A DNA stretch of 64,000 nucleotides from Cyanophora paradoxa CCMP329 (Eukaryota; Plantae; Glaucophyta). This document shows, piece by piece, positions 34,220 through 46,735 of this stretch. The stretch lies in NCBI GenBank assembly GCA_004431415.1, contig QPMI01000494.1:310001-374000 (forward strand). Reading direction: 5' to 3'. The notes beneath the pieces are model-generated. The model made no database searches and was not told the DNA's origin. It worked only from the letters and a program-made list of their open reading frames with translations. Positions within the stretch are counted from its first letter, which is position 1; the number at the start of each line of letters is the position of its first letter. The position numbers and the translations under genes were made by a program.

Positions 34220-37200
34220 CGTTGCTATCGATATCGATATCGATATCGACGTCCGACTGTTGCGGCGCCGGGAGTGGGCGCCATCGCTGGTGCTTATAAT
34301 AAGCTTCTCAGATATACGTAATCTTTGCAAGTGTATCATATTCATTGATCATGAAGTGCTAGCGTGTTGTATTTGTTTTGTTTTTTTGTGGCCATGGCCG
34401 ACTCTGTGACTTTGATTCGATTCCCGTAGTCTAGCAGACGAGTCCACGAGGCGATGAACTTTCGTTTCCTCCAACTTTTGTTTGATTATCTATAGCCTAG
34501 TAGTAGGTGGGTCGTCCATTGCTTAGCATATCCATGTTTATCGGTATCGGGTCTCCGCTTCGGATCCCGCTGTAGAGGCGTCGACGAGTGCGTAGCACGT
34601 GACCCGTTTACCTTGGACAACAGCTGCAGCTTCCGATTGCGATTGCGATTATCCGCTGAACATATTCCGTAATGATCAGAGGGCTCTCTGTCCTCCTTTT
34701 TGTGTTTATTTTAGATCTGCGCATGCAGGCCATGGCTACGTCTTCTTGATAACTGCAAGACTTTAGCTCCGGTCAATCTTGTCGTGATCATGTATTGAAC
34801 CTAGCTTTAGCCTGCGGACCAGACTCCGGCTCCATGCATGTGTCTGCATTAATATTAGTACCGTATCGCCGTTCTATGATTAGTTGATGTTTCTTTGCAA
34901 TCGATCGCCAACCGCCGGCGGGGTAAAAAGGGATTAAAGGATTTGAATCTGATCAAAATTCGCGATCGATCTAGATCTGACAGGCCGCCGGGCCTAGGAG
35001 GCACAGGAATATCGTGAATTGAAACACATAAAGCGCTAGCTGCACTGTACACAAGCCGCTGCCCTCCCCCCTCCACTACCCCCCCCCCCCCCCCCCCTTC
35101 CTTCCTCCCCTCGGCGCGGGGCGCGAGGCGCGGAAGGAGGCCGGGGGAGGGGGCGCAGAGGGGGGGGGGGGAGGGGGGGGGGCGCAGGAGGTGCAGCGCC
35201 CCGTTGGCGGCGGGGGCACCCGCCGCGCCGCCGCCGCGCCGCCGCCTCCGCCCCGTGTCAGACACCGCCGGCCGCGCTCCCGCATGCGCAGCTCCGCCTT
35301 CCCCGCGCACGCAGCCGCGTACCCCGCCGTCCGTGCAGCTCCTGCAGCCCGTACCCCCCCGCGGGGTGTTGGGGGGGGGGGGCGACCCGGTCCAGGCCCG
35401 CGTCAGCGGCGTCCGCCCCGACATGTTCGGTGCCTGCGGGGGTACAGGGTCGGATGGAGGGGCACGGACACCGGGAGAGGGTAAGGGACCTGGAGGGGGC
35501 GAGTGCGCCGTCGGGGAGGGAGGGGGTACGTCGCGTGCAGCGCCGCCGGCGCGGGGCCCGAGGACCGGCGGCCCGAAGGGGTTCGGCGGGGCAGGCGGCG
35601 GGGCGAAGCCGCGGGTCGGACGGAGGGGCAAGGGCGCCGGGGAGGGGTACGGGACCTGGAGGAGGGGCGGGCTGGGGCCATGGGGGGCGGAGGGGCGCCG
35701 TCGCGTGCAGCGCCGTCGGCGGCGGGCCAGGGGGGGTCGGCCCAGGGGGGATCGGCGGCTGGGAGGGGTACGGCGGGGCGGGGAGGCCGCGGGGTCCCGG
35801 GAGGACGAGGGAGGGGAGGGGCGGTCGGGCAGTGACCGCCTCCAGCCCGGCCTGCGGGCGGGCTCGGAGGGGGTACGAGAGCTGGCCAGGGGGGTCGGCA
35901 CAGGGGGAATCGGCGGCTGGGAGGGGTACGGCAGGGCGGGGAGGCCGTGGGATCCCGAGAGGATGACTGAGGAGCGGAGCGGGGGGGCAGCGCCCGTATT
36001 CAGCCCGGCCACGTCAGCCGCCGCACCGGAAGGCCTGCAGGCGGGCTCGGAGGGGGTCCGAGAGCTCGGAGGAGAGCACCGGCCGGCGCCGCAGCTGCGG
36101 GAGCGGCGTCGGCGGGGAGCGGGAGGAAGGGGCGGGCCGAGCACGGACCGTTCAAGGGTGCACCCCGCGTCCGCGTCGCCGAAGGAGCGTACCCCCCCCC
36201 CCCCGGGGTTCGGAGCGCGCAGGGCGGGGCCCGCGACCTCCTCGTTACTGGGCCGCGACGATGGTCATGGCCCTCTTGTTCCTGGGCCATCGTCAGGGGC
36301 GGACGGGGCCAAGCGCCGGGCGGCAGGGCGCACTGCGGCTGCGGCACCACAGGAGCGCAGCCGCAGCCGAGCGCGGCCGCAGCCGAGCGGAGCACCGCGT
36401 GACGCCGCGCTTCTTGTTCTTACGCTCGCTCTCCAACAGGCCGCTCCCGCTTCAGCACGCCCCGATCGACGTTAACTTCTTGGCTGTGAGCCTGTGACTC
36501 CAGCTATAGCCTGTGAGGCTGGCAGACGGCTTGCAATGCAGCGGCGCGATCTGCGAGCATTGCCGATCAGTTTCTGTGAGCATGGCGCGGGGCCGGCGGG
36601 CACAATGGCTCACCCAGGTCCGCGATGTCCTCCCTGTCGTCGGGCCGTCGAAGCCGAACGCGCCGCTGCGCTCATCTGACCGGAAAGCAGATATGCATCA
36701 GCGGAGAAGCGCGAATGGGCCGGCCCCGCGACGGCAACCTCGCGTTTCTCGGATGCGCATCGTCGACTCCGGGCAATTCGTCCAAGCAACTGCAGCGTTC
36801 TGCTGAGAGACGCATCGCTGAACATCGCCGCCTCGCTCCGAAAGCGAATATGATCCCCATTGATTCCAGGCAGAAGGGGTACACGACGCGGGTCCCCGCG
36901 CCGGTCCAATTTCGAGCTGATGGCTTCACCGAAGCGAAGCGTTGCACCGATCGCCGAACTAGAGCTTCCGATTCAGCGGGAGCACAGCTGGGACGCGTCG
37001 CGCCGGCCGCATTCAAGTGTGCGAGCGACCCGAGCAGCCTGCGAGAAGCCAGCGGTGCTCCAGGAATTGAGGAAGCCTGAGCGAGTGCCTGCGTGCGTCG
37101 GCAGCGCGTGCGCTGGCTGATCTAAATCTCCCCTCGAGCTTGCATCGATGTCGCCCGCAACAAACGCGCGCGGGCTGTCGCTGATGCGTGCGAACGTGCG

Positions 37201-37244
37201 CAGGAGTCGAAGTACGAGGCTTCATACAGGAAGCGTCGCATGCG

Positions 37245-40200
37245 ATGGGCTGCGGGTGCGGCAAAGCTCGTCCAGCTGCAGCTGCAGCTGCGGCCGGCCA
37301 TGGCCAAAGCGTCACGACCAGCGCCGGCGGCCGCGGACCGAAAGCTGCGGCCAAAGACGTGAAAGCTGCAGCAGCCTCACCCGCCCGCGTCCCAGAAGCG
37401 CCAGCTATAGCCGCGGCTCGAGCCCCCGCGGCCGCTCCCGCGCCGACGCCCCCGGCCGCGGCCGATCCCAAAGCTGCAGCCCCCGGCCCGCGAGTACCGG
37501 CGCCAACTGCAGCTGCGGTCGCCGCACGCAGTGACCCGGAACCGACGGGCGCGGCCGCCAGCTCCGCACCAGCTCGTGGCCCGGAAGCGAAGGTCGAAGC
37601 GAACGCCCGCGATCCGAATGCATATGCCGCGGCCGCGGCGCCAGCTGTAGCCAGCGATCCGGAGGGGCGGCCGGTGCGATCGCCGGAAGACGTGTCTCTC
37701 GTCATCGCAGACTCGCCCCGCGACGTCGACGAGGCGCCCCCGCTGCTGGGCGCGGGCCCGCCGCTGGAGGAGCTGCGGGCGCTGCAGCTGCGGGAGGCGA
37801 GCGGCGTCGCCCAGCTCGCAGGCCTCCTCCGCCTCGTCGCCGCCGGCGAGGCCGCCGTCCGCCGCGGGGAGCGCGCTCCGGACGGGCCCGCCGCGCGGGC
37901 GCTGCAGCTCGCGGTTGTGATGGCGGCGGCGGGGGCCGACGAGCAGCAGCGGCTCGCCGCCGCGCGCGAGCGGCTGCACTGGCTTTGTGACAACGGTGCG
38001 CATGGCTCCTTCCCCCCCTCCCGTCCCCCCCCCCTGCCCAATCCCCCCCCTCCCCCGCCCTCCCCCCCGGCCCCCAATCGCCCTTACCCGCTCCTTCCCC
38101 CCCCTCCTCCCGTTCCACCGCCCCCCCCCCTTCCCTCCCCTGCCCGATCTCCCCCCCTCTTCCCCCCCCCCGCCCCCCCCCGCCCCCCCTCCCCCCCCCC
38201 CCCCCGCCCCCCGCCCCCGCCCACCTCGCCCTGACGTCGTTCCACACCGCAGCGCTGTCGGCGTTCGCGAAGATCGGCGTGCCCAGCGAGGAGAACCTCG
38301 CGGACGTGTGCGGCCTCCTCGCGTCCGGCGACGAGCAGCTCTGCCGCAAGGCGCGCCGCTCTGCGCCCGCCCGCTCCCAGCTTGCAATTAGCTGACGCCG
38401 CCCAGATGGTGGGCCAGCTCCTCCGGCGGGCGAAGGGGGCGGCGCTGGCGGACAGCGGCGCACTGGCGGCGCTCGTGGGGACGCTGGGCTGCCTCCCGCG
38501 CGGCGCGTTCACGTCCACCGACTGGCAGCTCCTCATCGACTTCTGCACCGAGCAGGTACCTAACATAAGCTTCCCCCGCCCGGCCCGCCCGCCCGCCCGT
38601 GCCGCCCTTCTCCCCGCGACGGGCCGGGGGCGCAGCTGCAAACCGTGAAGGGGGCGGGGCTGAGGGACCACGACGACCTCGCGCGGCTCGAGCTCGTCGC
38701 CGCCGTCCTTGCCGCCGTCGAGGCCGCCGACGCCGGCGCTCCGCCTGCGGAAGGTCCGCCTCGCCTCGCGTTGCCACCCCCGACCTTCCCCACCGCCGAC
38801 GCGCTCGCAGCGGCGGCGAGGCGGCTGAAGCACGAGGAGGTTGTCATGCCGGTGAGCGCGCTGCTGGCGGAGATCGCGAAGCGGGCAGAGGCTGCCGGCT
38901 CGTGGCGGGCGGAGGCGGCGGCGCACCTGGCGCTAGAGGCCCTCGTGCGCGCCAGCTCCGACTACGACCGCTTCGGCGAAGTCGTCCGCCGCGCGAAGGC
39001 CGCCGGTGCGCCGCGCGAACGGATGCGGAGCCGCGCGCCGCAAACGACCGGGGTGCGCGCAGTGCGGGTGCTGGAGAAGCTGTACAGGGCGGGCAAGCTG
39101 GTGGCGGAGGGGGTGGCGAGCTTCGGCGTCACGACCGTCATCGACGTCGTCCTGTGGCTGAAGGTATGCGCCGGCCCCGCGAGCGCGCCGCGCGCGCCGA
39201 GGCGAAGCGCCCACAGGAGAATCGCGGCGAGGCGCGAGAGGCGCTGCGGGAGATGTGGGACGACATGCGGACCGTCGCGGGCGCCGACCTCCCGAAAGGG
39301 GCCGAGGCCTGGTCCGATCTGCTCGTTCCTCCGTCTGTCGGTCGACGCAGCGCGAAGCTGAAGGCCTAGGGGCCGCCGCGCAGGTTTGCGCGGGCACGGC
39401 TGCTCGGGATGCTGGCGGAGCGCGGCAGGATGGCGGAGCTGAAGGCGCTGCTGGACGGGGCGGCGATGGGTGAGGTCGCCCGCCGCCGAAAGCTCACCCT
39501 CGCTCTCTGCTCCGCCCTCGTCGCCGTGCGTCCGGCCTCTAGCTGCAGCCGGCGCGTCTTCGCCATGGCCGGACCGACGCTCCCGCAGGTCGTTGAGCGG
39601 GAGGAAGCCGGCGGGCGTGGCGCGGGCGCCGCGGTCACCGCAGTGAAGCTGCTCGAGGCGTGCGCGGAGGCGGCGGCGGGGCTGCTGAAGGACGGCGCCG
39701 CCTCCCTGCGGGTGGCGGTGGCGGCGCTGGCGCACGCGGCGGCTCTCGACAGCCCTGGGGTCGCCCCCGCGGCTGCCCTGCAAGCACTGCAGCGGCTGGG
39801 CATGCGAGACTCCGCTCGGGAGGCCGTCGCGGCGGCAGCCGACCGCTTCGGTATCGACCCCAAGGCCAGCGGCGGCCCCATCGATCGGCTGAAGCCGGCG
39901 GCGCGCCTGTCGCGGGCAGCACCGGCAGGCGGGTCGCTCTCGAAGCGCAGTGCGCTCGTCGCGTCAGCCCTGGAGGCCGAGCGACAAGGAGACGCCCTCC
40001 TGCAGCTCAGCGACGCGCTTGCTTTGGTGCGGTTCCGTGCACCGCTGCTGCTGGCTTTCGCGGGCTTATATTGAAGCAGGCGCGGGAGGCAGCGCTGGAG
40101 CGGTACAGAAAGGAGATGGCCAGCGAGGTGTACGTGCCGGTGCGGGCGGCGGCGGACAGCGACGGGCGTATTGCGAAGGGCGACGGGCACTGCTTCGACC

Positions 40201-43200
40201 TCGACGCCGCCCTCGACTCGTTCGCAGCCACCGGCACCGCGCCCTGTGCTGGCAGCACCGATCGCCGCGTGCTCCTGCTCACTGGTGGGGCTTTTTAGCC
40301 GACCTCCTGAAATCCCTTCTGCTGACCTACGCCCTGCCCTTGCAGGCGACTCTGGGTGCAGCAAGACGACGAGCCTGCGCCAGCTCCACCGGCGACTGCT
40401 GGAGCGGTGGAGGCCGGGCGTCCCCTTTCCCGTCTTCGTCTCCCTGCCCGTGGTCACGGCGTTGGGCTCGAGCCTCGTCGACAAGCTCGTCGATGCGACG
40501 GGCCTGCAGGAGGACGATCGGGATCGCGAGCTGAAGCAAGAGCTTAGGCAGAGGTGCGCAGGCAGCTCCCCCCGCCGATCCATATATACCCGCTTGATCC
40601 GCAGAAGTCCATGCTTGTGCTGAGTCCGCCGCCAGGGTCAAGCTGCTTGTGCTGCTGGACGGCTACGATGAGGTATGCGCCCGTGCGGATCCTGACGCAA
40701 ATGCGCCGCACCACGGGTTTGATTCCCAGTCTTGCAGGCCCGGCTGAGCCACGCCTTACACTACCTTTACCCGAAGCTCAGCTCGTGGGCCGCCCGCGTC
40801 GTCGTGGCCTGCCGCGCCCAGTACCTGCCGAGCCTCGGCATGGATCACAAGGTTCGAATTAATTACAAATCTACAGTTCCCGACGTTCAACCCCCTGCCG
40901 TAGAGTTACTTCTTGCTGGAGCAATCGGATGATTCGAGCCAGCTCTGCGAGGCATGGACTTGCTCGTTCAACCAGGACCAGATCGGGGCATACGTGCAGC
41001 AGTGGCTCGGCGTCTACCCAGACCCCGAGCACGACTTCGACTGGTACATGAAGCAGATCAACACGATCCTCGGCCTGCTCGACATCATCCGCACGCCCTT
41101 CGTCCTGTCAATCGCCTGCAAGGAGCTTCCATCGATTGGCGCTAAGCTGTGCGCCATGTGGCTGTGCCTTCGTATTGTTTCGAGAGGCTGAGACGGGTCT
41201 GGGTGGCTGCAGGATGGAGAAGCAACATGATGGCTCAAGCTTCGCGCGGGTCCTGATGCGCGATGTGTACAACGCGTTCGTCACCGGGCTATTCAGACGG
41301 GAGGAACAAAAGCGCGCAGAACAGAAGTGCTTCGCAAACTTCGCTGTCAACTGCCGCAAGTTCTGCCGATCTGTCGCCGTTCTGATGGACAAGCAGGTGC
41401 GCGCCTTGGACTTACGGCAGTGCCATGCTTTGCTTACGACCCACACGCTTGATTAATATTGGACGGCAGGCCACGACGGTCTTGCAAGTAGACATGCAGC
41501 TCTCCTTTGGTGTGCTGAATTCAAAGAAGCTGGGCGCGGCGGGTGCAGACGCGGCCGATCCCGCTGCGAAGGCCGCAGCGCTGCTCACTAGCGAACGGAG
41601 CGCGGAATTTCTCAGAGCCGCTCCAATCAGACCGACGTGGGAGGAAGACGGAAAAATCTCGTACAGCTTCATACACGCTTCCCTCAAGGAGTACTTTGTC
41701 GCCGACAGCATTCTCCCCTACCTCGATGCCCGCCTCGCAGCGCAGCCGGCCGCGGGATCCCAGCGGCGCAGATCCGCCATGTGCGGCATCTCTTTAGCTT
41801 CGTGATGATAATCTCGTCTTCCTCTTCCGCTTAGCGCTGGTCTCTTTTAATTGTCGCAGGTGGAATGTGGGTGGAGCGGACGTGGTGGATGGGCTCGGCC
41901 GCCGGCTGCTGGTGGACGACTCGGCCATCGTCCAGTTCCTTGCCGACCGTGCCCGCTCCGAGCCGCCCTTCGCAGAGGTTCGAAGCTGCCGCGGCCGTGT
42001 GCGACGCCTCTTTCCTCGCCCTGTCTGATTCGATCACATTGACAGGCACTCTGGGCGTGCCTGCTGCAGTCCGCTAACGGCGGTTCGCCCATCGCAGCTG
42101 CCAATGCGATGACTGTCCTGAATCACGGTCGGCACTGGCCCCATATGCTCTAGGACGCGTTCCCTGCACTAATATATATCCGCAAAGCGGGCGCATCGTT
42201 TGCGGGGAAGGAGCTGCGTGGCATTCGGGCGCCTGGGGCCGACCTGTTCCGACTCGAGGCGGCTGGGGCGGACCTGCGCGGCGCGGACCTCAGCGGAGCG
42301 ATTCTGGACGAGGCGAACGTGGCGGGGGCTGACCTGCGGGGCGCAAACCTCGACAACTGTCACCTCAGCGTTTGGCCTGCGTGCCAGCTTGGGTACGCAA
42401 CGCGCTGTGTCGCATTCTCGTCGGTGCGTCTGCCTTGGGTATATATGGGGCTCATAATGATGTCTAGGTCTAGGGTTTCATGACTGTGGGCTGACAAGCG
42501 TAAGACTGCTCTCTGGTTTCACGCTCTGCATTCCAGGATGGGCGCTCGGTCGTTTCGGGTTGCGAAGATGGGACGATCTGCATTGTAGATGCCGAGAGTA
42601 GATCCTTAAGCTTCAAGGCGAGCTTTAAAACTGTGGAATCCGTCGCATTCTCTGCAGTGTGTCTTTGCTTTGAAAATGCAAATGACCGCTTGGCGCCTGC
42701 TGAACGTGTCACAGGACGGCAAGAAGCTGGCGTGGGGCGATGCAGGTGGAGTCGTGGGCCTGTTCACATGGCCGTGGGATGTGCCGGGAGGGATGCGCGT
42801 CCCTCTAAAGCTGAAGGGGCACATGAGGGTTGTTACCTCCGTGCTTTTCTCGCCGGTGCGAAGAAGAATTTGGAAAAGCTTGAAAAGTTATATAATGTTG
42901 TATTTCACTGACGCTTCTCCCGGCAAGTAGGACGGTTCGACTCTGGCGTCGGGCAGCACTGACGGGACCGTGCGGCTCTGGAGCGCAGCAGATGGCACGC
43001 TGCTTCGCGTTCTCGAGGGGCGTGGGGACACTGTCCGCTCGATAGCGATCTCGCCGGTGCGAACAACTGCAATTCAAGCTTAAGGCACATGCATATGAGA
43101 ATGGACCTGTCGGTGACGGTTGCGGTTCGCTCAGGATGGCAAGATGCTTGCGTCTTGCTCTGATTCGGAGTCTTTGCGACTGTGGAGAGTGGCGGACGGG

Positions 43201-46081
43201 GCGGAGCTTCATAACCTTTATAGAATTCGTCGTGTCAAATCGGTGGCTTTCTCACCGGTGCGCCCATTCGGTGCGCTTGCGATCGGCTTCGTCGTGCTCA
43301 CTTGTGGGTGTCTGTCACATCCAGGATGGCAAGGCATTGGCGGTAGCAAGCTCGGACTGCACAGTGCAGATGTGGAGCATCGCAGATGGGTCACTGCTCC
43401 GTGTTTTCAAGGGGCATGCAGCTCATATGTATCTTCGCTCAGTGGCATTCTCGCCGGTACGAGTGTCCGAGCTCGAGTGTTTGCGGGTAAATTGTAGCTC
43501 ACCTCTGCAACACACATAGGACGGCAAGATGATCGCTTCAAGCAGTACTGACAAGACTGTGCGACTGTGGAGGGTTTCGGACAGTGAACCGCTCCGCGTC
43601 TTCGGTGGACACAAAAGCAGCATCCTTTCGTTGGCATTCTCGCCGGTGCGCATCTGAACAAATTCTGTCTTTCGGGGGCGCGTGCGACTAATAGATATGT
43701 AATGCTCGCCTTGATGAAGTTGCAATTGGCAGGACGGGAAGGTCCTAGCTTCGTATGACGAGGACAAGACGGTGCGGTTGTGGAGCACGCATATGGAGGG
43801 CGGGGATCTGCGTCGCGTTTTAGAGGGGCATTCGTCTATCGTCAATTCATTGGCATTCCTGCCGGTGCGAAATCCTGCCAGTACTTTTTCAGCAGTTGCG
43901 AAGCTCTTAATTGTATAATAGAAGCTGTCTCACACTAGCGAGTGACCATGAGCAGGATGGCAAGACGCTGGCATCGAGTGGCGAGTTCGAGAACGTGCAT
44001 CTGTGGAGTGCGGCAGATGGGGCGACTCTCCGCGTTCTTGGCGGATCTTCAGATTCGTTCTCAACAACGGCAATCTCTCCGGTCCGAGTAGCTTGTAGCA
44101 GGGAGATAGAGCAGCCGGTGGATTTCTCACTGCAAGCGGGCAGAGTGGCAGAACGATGGCCACGGCATCTAGTAGGGGGGGCGCTGTGCGACTATGGAGC
44201 GTGGCAGAAGGAACAGAGAGTCTTGTTCTCAAGGGGCACACGCAGGATGTAACTGCGTTGGCGTTTTCGCCGGTGCGTCCGCATGCGACGACATGGAACT
44301 GTGCATGCCTTGTTGACGAGCAAGCAGGACGGCGAGACATTGGCCTCTGGCAGCCGGGACACAACTGTGCGGCTGTGGAGTGTGGTGGACGGAGCATTGC
44401 GGCACATCCTCGAGGGGCATTCCCATTGGGTTATCACAGCAACATTCTCGCCGGTGCGCACTTCCGAATGTAATCTACGTCCACGCGGCAATTATCTTGC
44501 AGACTTGAGAACGATGCAAAGATCTTTTTATGCTTACGCTTGCTTACGCTTGTGGGTCGCGATCGGGCAGGACGGAAAGATGCTGGCTTCAGGCAGCTGG
44601 GACGCGACCGTTCGACTTTGGAGCGTCGCAGACGGGGTGCTGATCCGAGTTCTCAAGGGGTTCTCTCTCATCGGTATACCATCCGTCGTATTCGAAGATC
44701 GAGTTACATCGGTTGCATTCTCACCAGTGCGTTTTGATGGTTTTCCCTGAGTACGGGGCGCGAGCTGGGCTGAGCATCAAAAAAAAATTTGCTCGGATAG
44801 GTCCGGCCAGGCAGGGAGGGGGTTGCCCCCCTCCCCACGTGCCGCTGTTTCCAGCGGCTCGGCCGGACCCTAGCTGGGCTGAGCATCGTGGCAAGTTGAA
44901 TGAGTGTGCATGCGTTATAGCCAGCAAATATGTGTCGATTTGCGAGCTCGAGCACGTCAGCATATGCATGCTATTTGCGAGCCAGCTGACGCCCAAGGGG
45001 TGGGCAGGACGGGAAGACGCTTGCTACGGGCAGCTGGGACGCGACCGTGCGACTTTTTATGGTTGCAGATGGTGCAGTGCTCCACTTTTCGAACGAGGAA
45101 GAAGCAATTGAATCCGACGAGGACGACGAGGACGACGAGGACGACGAGGACGACGAGGACGACGAGGACGATCGACGCGGCCGGGCGAAATTTGGTGTCG
45201 AGGCAGTCGCGTTCTCGCCGGTTCGTTTAGCAAAGAAGTGCGGCGCAACGTGCGCGTTATCCGAGGTCGCTCATTCGTCGCGGGCTTTCCCAAGATGGAA
45301 AGATGCTGGCATCAGCCGTCCAAGACGGTACCGTGCGGCTACGGAACTCAGAGGATGGAACACTACTCCGCTGTCTGAAGGGACACTCGCACGCAGTATT
45401 TTCGTTGGCATTCTCGCTGGTGCGTCAAGTAATGTGCACCAAGAATCACGAGGGCACTCACACTTGTGTGCTTAGGATGGCAAAACACTGGCATCGGGCA
45501 GCCGCGATTCCACCGTGCTGCTCTGGAGCATGCCGGACGGGGCTCCGCTCAACTCAGTAGTCTCCAAGGTGGGAGCCTGCCTTTTGGTTTTCGGTGCGGT
45601 GCGCAAGAAGCATAATCGTTTATTTGCGCAGCGCGCCGCCGATCCGATCTGCGTCCGCCGCCTTGGGCGCGCAATGCGCCTTGATCCTCGAGGAGCCCTC
45701 GTGCGGACATCCACCGCCGCCCCTCTCCAACCGATCGCGAGGCGCCGACAAACCGCTCACTCGCGCCTGCCGCATGCGCAGGCGGACGAGTGCACGCGGG
45801 CAGGAGACCTGCTGCGGCGCGTGTTCGCTGAGGGCGGCGGCGAGGGGTGGGTGGCGGAGGATCTGGATCCGGATCCGGAGCCGCAGTCGGCGGCGGTCAG
45901 CGGGCGCGAGCTGCTGCTGGCCTCTGCAGCGCTAGCCGATCGATATCGCAGCCAGCTCGAGGCGGAGGCGATCGATCGCGAGCTCGCCGCGTTATTCGCG
46001 GCGCCTGCAGGGCCCAGCGCGCGCGCAGAGGCGCTGGCGCTAGCGAGAGCGGCGCTAGATGAGTGTAGACATTGTTTGTGA
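37245..46081 (+). CDS. NLR-like STAND protein NLR2: N-acylation motif, helical/ARM-like region, NACHT, pentapeptide repeats, 14 WD40 exons, short helical tail
   Basis: Starts MGCGCGK. The helical region is homologous to NLR1 (LEKLYRAGKLVAEGVASFGVTTVIDVVLWLK vs LKKLYAASKVIMEGVSSMGATTVIDLVFWAK). Walker A VLLLTG|DSGCSKTT, Walker B LLVLLDGYDE, VVVACR, TPFVLSIA, FIHASLKEYF, AAANAMTVL, pentapeptide FAGKELRGIRAPGADLFRLEAAGADLRGADL; WD40 exons at 42537-45568; stop at 46079-46081. Confidence 0.9.
44763..44887 (-). mobile_element. Small structured insertion flanked by 16-bp direct repeats (candidate SINE/MITE-like element or ncRNA)
   Basis: Direct repeat agctgggctgagcatc at 44763-44778 and 44872-44887; inside are a 9-bp closing stem, two hairpins with GCAA and GAAA loops on the minus strand, and a T9 run. 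Confidence 0.45.
45116..45169 (+). repeat. Coding 9-bp tandem repeat (GACGAGGAC)x6 encoding poly-DED inside a WD40 loop
   Basis: Directly visible and in frame within exon 45008-45220. Confidence 0.9.
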
Positions 46082-46444
46082 TCATTGTTAAATAGCTTCT
46101 TGACACACCGTTCAAGATTCATCTAAAGTGTGCAAGATCTTCCGAGCAATAAGGAAGATCTTGCGCACTTCAAAATATGTCAAGTTCCTTGACACACCGG
46201 CGGTCGAGCCCGCTGTGTCGCTTGCGGTGCCGACGCTGGAGAGAAATCCATGTTTTAGAGAGCGACGCTAGATCAATATTAATATTTGCATTCAATTTGC
46301 CGTTCAATTTGCACTTCAAGTACGCAAGCTCTTCAGAGAAATAAGAAACAACTATATGATAACGGTATTCGCGATATCGATCGCCGGCGCATCACACGTA
46401 GCGGCATCTAGCTCCGGGATCCGCTCACGATCAGCGGCTAGCGC

Positions 46445-46735
46445 TCAAGCTCCGCGGCCACGTGCGCCATGACCAGCGCTCGGAGCTCCGCGCTCGAGTC
46501 GATTTCGAGGCCATGCGCCCGCATGCGCAGGCAGAAGGAGCGGAGAAACCAGCTTTCGTGAGTCCTGGCATGGATTTGCCGCCCGGCGCCCCGCTTCGCG
46601 CCGGCGCCAAACGAACCGAAACCCGCGGCCGCCGCCCGCCCGCAGGAGACTCTGCTCGAGCTCGAGCTCGAGGCGGTCGCCCACATGAAGGGCCTCGGGC
46701 CGTCCGCCGCAACGCGGCGGACGCTCCGGGGGCTC
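46445..46735 (+). pseudogene. Degenerate copy of the 5' exons of the gene at 55485
   Basis: Matches ~55520-55840 (cacgtgcgcc..., gcaggcagaaggagcgg, cgaaccgaaacccgc, gcaggagactctgctcgagctcgag) with indels, a lost donor and no continuation. Confidence 0.65.

Larger units (their letters stand above)
42537..45568 (+). repeat. Array of 14 diverged phase-0 WD40 exons of NLR2
   Basis: Exons 42537-42656, 42715-42855, 42931-43056, 43135-43257, 43325-43456, 43520-43645, 43733-43864, 43956-44081, 44144-44272, 44328-44453, 44571-44726, 45008-45220, 45294-45419, 45476-45568; introns sit at the same FSP|DG position as in NLR1. Confidence 0.9.

Noticed and set aside
34855-37080. 423-429 aa ORFs and internal 30-70 bp repeats upstream of NLR2
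   Set aside because: G-rich low complexity with no domain motifs or consistent exon chain
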